Source of the DNA: a virus
Taxonomy: Duplodnaviria; Heunggongvirae; Uroviricota; Caudoviricetes
IMG/VR virus record: IMGVR_UViG_3300037461_001229
Location: 64,001-86,145 of that record
Length of the DNA: 22,145 bases
Strand: one strand, 5' to 3'
How positions within the stretch are numbered: the stretch's first letter is position 1; each line of letters starts with the position of its first letter. Of this stretch, positions 7,601 to 14,978 are shown one piece after another. The notes under the pieces were generated by a model. That model was given only the letters and a program-made list of their open reading frames with translations. It searched no databases and was not told the origin of the DNA. The translations under genes were made by a program, and so were the position numbers.

Positions 7601-10600
7601 ACGAGGGAGGGGAGTTTATTTTTGAAGACCCAAGTGCCAAAGGGAAGAACTTAAGAATCAGCGAAGAAGACTTACTGAAGAGATGGCATGGTTATCTTGA
7701 TGATGGCAAGACTATAGCTAATGGGATAGGTATAGTGATCAGTAAGCCCGCACAAAAAGCAACCCCACCAAGAGTCCTTAAAACAAAAGAGGACATTGAT
7801 ACCTATGTAAATGATAAGGTAACACAAGCCCCGGCAGAGAAGAAAAGATTCACCAGGATGAAAGCTGTAGTGGGCAGGGTGATGGATGTACTAAGTAAGA
7901 TTGCCCCGGACACAGAGGTGGTGATGCTGGAGAATGATGATGAGGTTAATAAGACTTTAGTCGGCCTTGGTGTTGATCCCGGGACTGCTAAATATAATGG
8001 CTGGTACCATCAGGGCAAGGTCTATCTCAATGCTGCCAGGTTTAAGGACACTACTCCTATCCACGAGGCCATCCACCCTATTATGAACGTGATGCGCCAG
8101 GTCGCGCCAGAGAAATATACTCAATGGGCAGATAAAGCCTCTAAAGAGCAGATACGGCTAGAAGATGGCACTACTATGACCTATAGCGAATATGTAGCTT
8201 CTGAGGGTGATACGCCGGCTATGACTGCAGATGAGTCCCTGGTGACCTTTCTTGAAGACTTCATTGGTGATAAGATCGATTATAAGAAAGTCAATAAGAC
8301 ATCGGTAGTAGAGGCTATTAAGCGTATGTTAACAGACCTATTAGAGTTCATGGGTATTAATCCTAAGACTTTTGCCGGCGCTGATATTAATCTTGATGAT
8401 ATCCAAGACCTTAAGCAGCTCTCTGAGTCGCTCCTGCAGGCATTTGAGGAAGGCAGGGCAGTGACTACGGCTACTCCGGCCAATCCTATGCTCGGGCCGG
8501 AGGTAGGTGGTGTACAGTTTCTTAATGGTACTGCAGCCGATTATCCTATCACAGAGGGTGTGCAGCCGTCTAGGGATTACGATGTTAAATTTGGTGATGT
8601 ACTTATCCCTAAAAACTACGATATAGATCAAGATGGAGATAACTTTATCTTCTATCATTACGGAGATGTAAAAGGAGGGGTAGTTGATCCTAAGTTCTTT
8701 GGGCGGAATGCCTATACCACAGATAAACGCACCCATAAGGTCAGTTACTACTACGTCAAAGATAACCAGAGGGAGCGGATGGTCAATGGGCCGGTCAATG
8801 TGGTTACCGTGCCTAAGCATAAGGTCTATCCGTTTAACGAAGACCCAATGTTTTTCTATGAGAAGGCTAAGGCTGCGTTTGAGAAAGAGAACCCGGGTAT
8901 AGCCTTTGATGCTCCAAGACAGATTGACGCCATGAATCCTATGATAGCCCAGGCCGGCTATGATATGGTGGTGGCAAAATGGGATGCATTCCCGCTAAGG
9001 GCTGAATCAACTAAGCCTCTTAAGGTAGATGAGGCGAAAACTGCTGAATTTGCCTCGGAGAAGGCTCTAGGGGGCCGGGAGCTCGTAAAAGAACAGATCG
9101 ATAATGATCTACAGGGTAAGGCCAGTCGTAATCCAGAACTCGCATCTATTTACTATAGTACAGGGGTAGATGGGGTATTGGCTGATCCGAAACTAAGGAA
9201 GCTCATAGATAAGAAACTTCTTAAAGCTTATGAAGGTAAGACGCCTGCTAGAATACAGCCGTCTATAGATAGAGTTGCTATAATTAAGAATACTTCAGCA
9301 GAAATAGAGAGACTAAAGGCACTCCCAATAGAAGCTGAGGATGGAGCCACTCTTAATCTTGATGGGACTAAGTACACTGGCGGGGGTTTAGCTACCCCAA
9401 TAACCAGCAGATCACCAAACCCAACACAGGCTGAGATCACGCCGGAAATGGTGGCTGACTTCATTGAGGCTAGCCAAAATAAGATAGGGTCAGACATAGT
9501 TAAGCCGGGGTTATATAAGTTCCCCAACCAAGCAGTGATGTCTATCGATCTTAATGCGGTCATCCCTCGTGAACACAGAGAGGTGGGTCTTGAGTTTGGT
9601 AGGTTGGCGGGACAGGAGTCGTTATTCGATCTTGATACCTTTGAGAATATTAAGACCGGGGCTACCGGCCAAAACCCAGTTCAGTTCACTGATGAAGAGT
9701 TCAGGGAGATAGCAGATTCACTGTCAAGGGGTGAGTTGCCTCGGGCAGTTGCTAATCTCAAGGCACTAGAATCTGGAGTATCGACCCATCTTGGTGATCC
9801 TACTACCCTAAGGGGCCCGATACAGGCATCAAAGGTAAGAGACGTAAAGGTCAGAGCCGGCTATAACCTGTCTTATGTAAAAGATAGCGATCTTATTGAT
9901 ATAACTACCTTAGTTAATGACATACACTCCAAGGGCCAGAAAGTGTGGTTCTGGGTAGCCGATCAGCTTGGCAGGGGTTATTATTACGATACTGTACTTA
10001 ATAAAGAGCACTATCTTGATGCAGGGCCGTCCTACGCTCTTGACCCTATAAACAGGGAGAGAGGTATTATATGGGCCTCGGGCATGAAGTTAGATCGCAT
10101 ACAGAGTAATATTAAGGATTCTGATTATATATTTATCATTAGCGGGTCTCCGATAATCAGCCATGCCTTTAACCAGGGCGTATTTGATCTATTACAGCAG
10201 AGGATCGAGCAGAAGGGCGATTTCAAGAAGTTTAAGGCTGCTACTCTAAAGACATCGGGTGTGGGCGATCTTACTAAGTTACTTAAGGCTCATGATTCTT
10301 TTGAGTCATTTAAGGGGTCTAGGGACAGGAAAGAGCTTATAAAGCTGATCTCCGCCCAGGAGACTAAGCAAACCCCCCTAAAATCACTCCTGCAGAAATA
10401 CAATGCCATTATTAATATGGACGAGCTAAGGGATGATTTCTATAGGGAGAATGATTTCCTGCAGAACGATATTATGCTTGTCCTTAAGCCCGAGAGTGCC
10501 AGCATTGGGTCTGATCATTCTACATACCTGAATGACGTATCGGGTGGGGTAGTAGGCGTACCTGATAAGGTTATTAATTCATATGACCTTATGCCTGATG

Positions 10601-13600
10601 AGTTAAGGAAAGTTCTTAGCGGCAGGCGTGTAGCACAATCCCAGGTTATTGCCCCTTATGGTTCAGGCATCAGGGATATAACATCAGTGAGGATACAGCC
10701 CTCTATAGAGCGTCCTGCAAGAAAGAGGGTAGAAGAAACCGAGACCCGTAAGCGGGAGATAGGTCGGAAGGTGGTAGAGGAGTCTGAGATGCCACAGGAT
10801 ATTAAGGATGCATTACTTGCCGAGGGTATCGAGTACATTCCAAGGGGACGCAGGTTCACCCAGGCTGAGTCTAAAGAGCTGGTGAATATCTTTGGGGCGA
10901 CCGAGGGAGGGTTGGATAAGCTAGCCAGCGCTGTCTATGACATAACTAACGACATTGCCGGGGACACTAGGGTGGTACTTAATGTCTATATAGCTGAACA
11001 GTACTCAAAACAATTAGATAGCGCCACTACTCCTGATGAGCGGGCTAAGATAAGAAAGAAACTTGCCAATGCATTTATTTTTGGACAGGAGTATGCCACT
11101 AAGGCCGGCCAGGTGGTTGAGGCGATGAAGAAATGGGGTGAGATACTTAGTCGTGATCCCGAGGCAATAATTGCTATTAAAAAACGCCAGCAGACCAAAA
11201 ATAATGAAGCCGCGCTAAAGGACTCGGAGAAAGATATTAAGACGGTAAAAGAGACATTGGATTCTCTTCTTAACACACCGGAGTTCAAGCAGATCATAGA
11301 GACAGAGGTTAATAAGGCTGTTGATAATATCGCAACGAAAAAGTTCGGAGCCACTGATAAGAAGAAGATAGAGGACTTCTTTGACAGCCTGATGATCAAG
11401 GATGATAAGATGTTCGATGCCACCCTTGGGATACCGGTAGCTGTCTATAATGGAGCCATGGTGGCTATTAAGAAAGCTATTTTTCTTGGTGTGGACATCA
11501 CTAATGCCATCAAGCAGGGGATTGAGTATATTGATAACTGGTACAAGGAGAACTACGCCAGCGGCAAGATACCGTCACCGGAATGGAATAAGACGGATTA
11601 TGAGATACAGATGGCCGAGAAACTTAAGCCGCTAACCAAGAAAGTAAAACAGGTCAAATTTAAGCTGCCTAAGAAGGCCGAGGATAATATCGTAGATAAG
11701 CTCTACGAGAAGATGGATAACGCTACCAAGCCACAGCTTCGCAGGATGGTAAGGCAGTATATTGATGTTCTTGAGGCCGAGGGGGCTGTCAGCCAGGAGC
11801 GTTTCAGGGACCTGTTTGCACGGGCGATAGGCTTAGAGGTACTAAGCGTGGAGGATGAGCAGAAGATAAGGCTCACGGGACAGGCGTTAAATAACGCCCG
11901 TAAGGTAGGTGATAGGCTGGTAGAGAAGTTTAATGAGTTACTCAAGGAGACCGATCCCGGCAAGACCAAGGAGCTGGAAGCGCAGATTAAGGCTCTTAAA
12001 AAAGAGGCTACCAAGGCTCGCCATGAGGCTCAAAAGGCATCTCAGAAGCTTGGTGAGCTACTTAGTGATCAGACCTCACTGGGGCAGGTCATTTCTTCAC
12101 TTATACAGGGGAATTTATTAACGCCTATATCTCTTGTTACTAACGTAATAGGTAATACTGCATTCCTCCCTGTCCGTGGTGTTAGAACTATGACTGCATC
12201 GGCATTAGATTTTCTAGTGGCCAGGTCAGCAGAGGTTTATACGCCATTACTGGATACGAAATGGATAAAAGCTCATCCAAGGATACGGAGACTTATAGCC
12301 GGCCTTCCCACCCCAGAGAGGGTGTATAATAGCTATGCTGCTATCAGGGGATTTGGAGCGGGTATTAAGATGGGAACTAAGGAGGGCCTGAAACAGCTCC
12401 TATCAGGTCAACTACCGGATGATTTATACGCAAGGGAGATATCCAGAGGCTTAGACCCCATTAAGGCATTTAAGCGCTTCAGGGATCAGCTTACAGGCAA
12501 AGGACAGGCTAAATTCGACAGGATGCTTGCTGACTTTCTTGAAGCCCTGCCAGGGGGATATACTGCAGAGACATTCTTTAGGTTACTTAACCTCGGTGAT
12601 AAACCATTCCGTAAGGCTGCTGAGAATGCTAGGTTATCAGAGATAGCCTCACTGAAAGGACTTAAGGGCAATGCCCGTGAGGCTTTCATGAATAATCCCG
12701 ATCCTGACTCACTGGAGGAGGCTCATAAAGCAGGGGAAGTGGCTGTATACCAGAACGATAATATTGTTTCTGATATATTCAAGTACCTACAGAGGAAATT
12801 AGGTAATTATAGCGCTGCTGATGCCCATAAGAGCAAGTCAATAATAATCAAGACCTTATATAATCTATTCAAGGGCACACAGGCTCCTTATGTCAAGACG
12901 CCGGTAAACCTTATAGTAGAAGCTATTGAATATACCATGGCTCCATATTCTTACCTCCGTGCTTTCGAGCAGATGGCGAGGGGTAATAAGAGACGTGCCT
13001 ATGACTACATGGCTAAGGCTATAGTGGGCACGATGCTGGTAAGGATGGCTATATTCCTTCTTGAGGAGGGACTGCTTAGTCCGCCTCCCGATGACGATGA
13101 GAAGATTCGCCAGGCACAATATACTGCCAAGCCCGGCTATTCGCTTAATATGGACGCATTGGCACGTAAGACATCCGGCGGAGACTCGTCATGGAAAGAC
13201 GGTGATATGGTGCTTAATATCCAGAGACTGGGAGTATTCTCGATGGTGCTTATGGCGGTATCTAAGGCATATAAAGACATCCCAAGGGATGAGTTTAAGT
13301 CTCTTACATGGATCGAGCGTAATGTCCGTATGGCTCCTGCTGTAGTTGGTAGTGCCCTCGACCAGTCATTTCTTGTGGGTACAGCGTCGGGTATTACGGC
13401 GTTCACCGAAGGAGGTCCTGCACTGGATCGGTGGGCTATCAACACTGCCAAGGCTCTATCAGCGGTGATCTATCCTAATACCTTAGCACAGATCAGCCAG
13501 GTATTCTTTGATGATAACTACATCAGGGAAGTCCGTGATATGTATAATAAAGAGGAGAGATTCGGTAAACAGATCAAGAATACCTTTAAGGATAGGATGT

Positions 13601-14334
13601 TCATGGGTAAAGACCTGCCGGCTAAAGTTAGTATATGGGGAGAGAGAGTTAATAGGGTTCCCGAGGGACGTAACTGGCCATACTCATTATTCGACGTCAC
13701 TAAATCAGTAGAATACCAGAAGAGTTCATTTGGCACAAGGATGTTCGAGTTCTATGAGAAGTATAGTTATATTGACGAGAAAGAGGCTAAACGGATACTG
13801 CCATCACTGCCTAGTGGTGCTAATACAGTAGGATGGGATGATAGGAATATGACGCCACAGGAGGTAGAAGAGCTACAGATGAGTGTGGGAAGGATGCGTA
13901 AGGCGTATGTCGAGAATCTTATGAACTCTGCTGAATGGGAGGCTATGTCTGACGAGGAGAAGATCGATAATCTGGATAAGATATACAGGGATATAGCCTC
14001 TAAGGTTAAGGCTGGTATGTTCATGCTTGACGTGGTTAAAAAGGACACCCAGTTATTTAACTATCTTAAACGCAATGATCTACTGCCTATCCCGAGTAGG
14101 TCTGTATCCTTTAAGTTCCGGGATAAGACCGTTAAGCTGGAGAAGGAAGAGGCTGCTAGCTTCTATGATACTGTTCAGAGGTATTTTGTAGAGATGATGA
14201 ATGATTCTGGCGCTGATTTCTCTGAAGATATCGATCCCGGGGCCCGTGACAGGCTTAAGGAGCGTATCGATAAGATATGGAGGCGGGCTAAAGACCGGGC
14301 TATTGGGGAGTGGAAAAGTGATTTAAGCGAATAA
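4678..14334 (+). CDS. Giant (3218 aa) polyvalent ejection protein with peptidase C39-like, zincin, ART-like and further cargo domains
   Basis: QKESYDCG...HY...DP (C39), GWYHQGKVYLN...IHEAIH (zincin), FYHYG...DPKFFG...YYY...AGYD (ART-like), and a helical C-terminus with NVIGN, DKPF and PYVKTPVN motifs typical of large podovirus ejection proteins. Confidence 0.8.
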   Translation: MAVINDRLSELYQVIPQGSFKDEAEFRSYVTDENKLKEFYSILPSGSFRDEDEFVGYFGNSLKKKDFSLEALARGESLSQMFGIKPKESSAPLPPLQSTKKPVSYEETLPEEVVPTSVIRARDKKSQYLQQKQLELSDRVRKELKEEGDKLQSDYQKRAQQEGADKKTLEDELDVRLGDLVFRKQKEFQKEIDDLVSDEYQYLEKGDVKGLEKQIDEIMASGSLYDVKTSKLNRLKNSFLSQLAAMPEEYRKPISGEINDLFVKKTLFDEEGNVSMYGWKQEASKKLENIATEKQKLASAFASKYPGWSPNDVFPFTREGAPSQQEYNDYLKEFTLIDKAQTYLERVLEMPDSGKGNFATEFKKQGLDFVRDIASAGFAGVIDDIKNYKIARKIQDNEPVSPGERATFDALGVLETAASGIEGGKLGKVVAEGIPFIESMLLTGGAGIGKNVASNTLKQILKKEGARLFSKEGAKILGREVGKAGIASLEAAPLSPISYSRMFQGLTGQRVLNEKGEWMVDRATVEGKLEAATKGLATGATEYFTESLGGLAGEVGGLIRKVPGLSKFRLAKGVEDLFKITKFQGAPTEVAEELINIPLQAPIGDQPLSEVTLQDIWDTIWTTAGFTTILGAIGVPGGISNSIQRGRNYNTVNQFGRDIVSELRDAIVYKNKDAFSRAITRAEFSLRDKAPEEKQASMSALMTYAKSLATETITRENSVNEGQETDALTKPERFTIPQPGGTSLYFKNKQDFFTWLDQNGEEKLPAPNEVGYLDSNVYKAMDEWKIIKKAQQTKVVEGQKDAERIGTQTKTGSRQPQGVVEGEKGGVRVRDTTQDRVEAKPGEEVTGQDTGQDVQEPGKVVSGIKDLEQKESYDCGVCALRTVLSKYGIDTTEDQIIKETNPSEKTGVDLKAIVENAQNKGLNAEMKQDMTPDDLREAVDNDIPVIILQNGVGETKAGKSYEGNKDAHYITIKGYEGGEFIFEDPSAKGKNLRISEEDLLKRWHGYLDDGKTIANGIGIVISKPAQKATPPRVLKTKEDIDTYVNDKVTQAPAEKKRFTRMKAVVGRVMDVLSKIAPDTEVVMLENDDEVNKTLVGLGVDPGTAKYNGWYHQGKVYLNAARFKDTTPIHEAIHPIMNVMRQVAPEKYTQWADKASKEQIRLEDGTTMTYSEYVASEGDTPAMTADESLVTFLEDFIGDKIDYKKVNKTSVVEAIKRMLTDLLEFMGINPKTFAGADINLDDIQDLKQLSESLLQAFEEGRAVTTATPANPMLGPEVGGVQFLNGTAADYPITEGVQPSRDYDVKFGDVLIPKNYDIDQDGDNFIFYHYGDVKGGVVDPKFFGRNAYTTDKRTHKVSYYYVKDNQRERMVNGPVNVVTVPKHKVYPFNEDPMFFYEKAKAAFEKENPGIAFDAPRQIDAMNPMIAQAGYDMVVAKWDAFPLRAESTKPLKVDEAKTAEFASEKALGGRELVKEQIDNDLQGKASRNPELASIYYSTGVDGVLADPKLRKLIDKKLLKAYEGKTPARIQPSIDRVAIIKNTSAEIERLKALPIEAEDGATLNLDGTKYTGGGLATPITSRSPNPTQAEITPEMVADFIEASQNKIGSDIVKPGLYKFPNQAVMSIDLNAVIPREHREVGLEFGRLAGQESLFDLDTFENIKTGATGQNPVQFTDEEFREIADSLSRGELPRAVANLKALESGVSTHLGDPTTLRGPIQASKVRDVKVRAGYNLSYVKDSDLIDITTLVNDIHSKGQKVWFWVADQLGRGYYYDTVLNKEHYLDAGPSYALDPINRERGIIWASGMKLDRIQSNIKDSDYIFIISGSPIISHAFNQGVFDLLQQRIEQKGDFKKFKAATLKTSGVGDLTKLLKAHDSFESFKGSRDRKELIKLISAQETKQTPLKSLLQKYNAIINMDELRDDFYRENDFLQNDIMLVLKPESASIGSDHSTYLNDVSGGVVGVPDKVINSYDLMPDELRKVLSGRRVAQSQVIAPYGSGIRDITSVRIQPSIERPARKRVEETETRKREIGRKVVEESEMPQDIKDALLAEGIEYIPRGRRFTQAESKELVNIFGATEGGLDKLASAVYDITNDIAGDTRVVLNVYIAEQYSKQLDSATTPDERAKIRKKLANAFIFGQEYATKAGQVVEAMKKWGEILSRDPEAIIAIKKRQQTKNNEAALKDSEKDIKTVKETLDSLLNTPEFKQIIETEVNKAVDNIATKKFGATDKKKIEDFFDSLMIKDDKMFDATLGIPVAVYNGAMVAIKKAIFLGVDITNAIKQGIEYIDNWYKENYASGKIPSPEWNKTDYEIQMAEKLKPLTKKVKQVKFKLPKKAEDNIVDKLYEKMDNATKPQLRRMVRQYIDVLEAEGAVSQERFRDLFARAIGLEVLSVEDEQKIRLTGQALNNARKVGDRLVEKFNELLKETDPGKTKELEAQIKALKKEATKARHEAQKASQKLGELLSDQTSLGQVISSLIQGNLLTPISLVTNVIGNTAFLPVRGVRTMTASALDFLVARSAEVYTPLLDTKWIKAHPRIRRLIAGLPTPERVYNSYAAIRGFGAGIKMGTKEGLKQLLSGQLPDDLYAREISRGLDPIKAFKRFRDQLTGKGQAKFDRMLADFLEALPGGYTAETFFRLLNLGDKPFRKAAENARLSEIASLKGLKGNAREAFMNNPDPDSLEEAHKAGEVAVYQNDNIVSDIFKYLQRKLGNYSAADAHKSKSIIIKTLYNLFKGTQAPYVKTPVNLIVEAIEYTMAPYSYLRAFEQMARGNKRRAYDYMAKAIVGTMLVRMAIFLLEEGLLSPPPDDDEKIRQAQYTAKPGYSLNMDALARKTSGGDSSWKDGDMVLNIQRLGVFSMVLMAVSKAYKDIPRDEFKSLTWIERNVRMAPAVVGSALDQSFLVGTASGITAFTEGGPALDRWAINTAKALSAVIYPNTLAQISQVFFDDNYIREVRDMYNKEERFGKQIKNTFKDRMFMGKDLPAKVSIWGERVNRVPEGRNWPYSLFDVTKSVEYQKSSFGTRMFEFYEKYSYIDEKEAKRILPSLPSGANTVGWDDRNMTPQEVEELQMSVGRMRKAYVENLMNSAEWEAMSDEEKIDNLDKIYRDIASKVKAGMFMLDVVKKDTQLFNYLKRNDLLPIPSRSVSFKFRDKTVKLEKEEAASFYDTVQRYFVEMMNDSGADFSEDIDPGARDRLKERIDKIWRRAKDRAIGEWKSDLSE
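7079..7213 (+). CDS. Nested out-of-frame 44-aa basic protein MPKELERKLKQEADNHKGWSKERKAAYVYGTLRKTGWKPSRERK
   Basis: Complete ATG..TAA in the +1 frame inside the giant ORF, preceded by GGAGG (7065) and an A-rich spacer. The AYVYGTLRKTGWKP motif matches a small phage hypothetical family as I recall it. Confidence 0.65.
   Translation: MPKELERKLKQEADNHKGWSKERKAAYVYGTLRKTGWKPSRERK
7270..7746 (+). other. Peptidase C39-like (papain-fold) domain in the giant protein
   Basis: Q(7282)...DCG with Cys at 7300, His at 7579 (AHYITIKGY) and Asp at 7627 (FEDP). The pattern LREAVDNDIPVIIL is also present. Confidence 0.85.
7850..8460 (+). other. Zincin-like metallopeptidase domain (MPTase-PolyVal-like)
   Basis: NGWYHQGKVYLNAARFKDTTPIHEAIHP has HExxH at 8062-8076, with a downstream candidate third ligand Glu (ADESLV, 8233). 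Boundaries are approximate. Confidence 0.75.
8572..9250 (+). other. ADP-ribosyltransferase-like domain (ART-PolyVal-like)
   Basis: FYHYG first-strand His (8656), DPKFFGRNAY, VSYYYV and a late AGYD motif. Catalytic residues were not verified. Confidence 0.5.
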
Positions 14335-14336
14335 TA

Positions 14337-14349
14337 GTATCTTTGTAAA
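14337..14349 (+). promoter_or_regulatory. Bacteroidota-type -7 promoter element (TAnnTTTG)
   Basis: gTATCTTTGtaaa is identical to 2603-2615 and lies in the gap before ATG 14379. Confidence 0.65.
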
Positions 14350-14357
14350 AATTAAAC

Positions 14358-14375
14358 GAAACTGAAACTGAAACT
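14358..14375 (+). repeat. Hexamer tandem repeat (GAAACT)x3 directly upstream of a start codon
   Basis: gaaact gaaact gaaact gaa ATG. Confidence 0.9.
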
Positions 14376-14378
14376 GAA

Positions 14379-14945
14379 ATGGCACAATTAACATTCACAA
14401 TTGCTGACGGTATCCTGACCGTTGGGAGCGCAAACACAACAGCCGATTACTTATCAGCCGATTACCGGGCTAAAGCCTACAGGAATGGCGATAGGGATGG
14501 GGTAAAGGTTTACCCGATAAACGGTAATCCCGATTTCCCTACATGGACCTGCGATGACTACCAAAATTTTGCTGTTAATATCAATGGTACGCCATTATCT
14601 CCCGCTAGCGCTTATTTCTTCGTCTGGTACTTCAACCGTGCCTGCGGGACAAGCCTGGGCTATAATACGCAGTACTGCCAGCATATCCTTTCATTTGCTA
14701 TGACTCTTGATACCTCGGTACCGGAGCAGATAACTGATATTGCTAAGGCGGGCTATATGACTATCCAGGCTGATGAAGATAATGCAGGGGTGGTCTATAT
14801 AGGCGGGGACGATGTCAGCGACCAGAGCTCTTATATAGTGGCTGGTGAAAGTAAGTTTGTAGAGCTTGATGATCTTTCGAAATACTGGGCCTATGCTGAG
14901 GTAGCTGATTGTATTATAAATGTCCTTGGCGGCTATAAATATTAG
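14379..14945 (+). CDS. Virion structural/tail-fibre adaptor-like protein
   Basis: The C-terminal TIQADEDNAGVVYIGG..VS...AGES....DDLSKYW pattern is common in phage tail regions. It precedes the tail spike. Confidence 0.5.
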   Translation: MAQLTFTIADGILTVGSANTTADYLSADYRAKAYRNGDRDGVKVYPINGNPDFPTWTCDDYQNFAVNINGTPLSPASAYFFVWYFNRACGTSLGYNTQYCQHILSFAMTLDTSVPEQITDIAKAGYMTIQADEDNAGVVYIGGDDVSDQSSYIVAGESKFVELDDLSKYWAYAEVADCIINVLGGYKY

Positions 14946-14978
14946 GCCCGCTATAGTTAAATCTTAAATATATTTCCT

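Noticed and set aside
8617-8643. YDIDQDGDN resembling the DxDGD catalytic motif of a virion RNA polymerase (crAss-like or N4-like)
   Set aside because: No surrounding double-psi-barrel context or other RNAP motifs. It reads as a turn leading into the FYH strand of the ART-like module.
5277-14048. Many short minus-strand and alternative-frame ORFs within the giant gene
   Set aside because: S/L/F- or R/L/W-rich shadow translations with no recognisable motifs or initiation signals.
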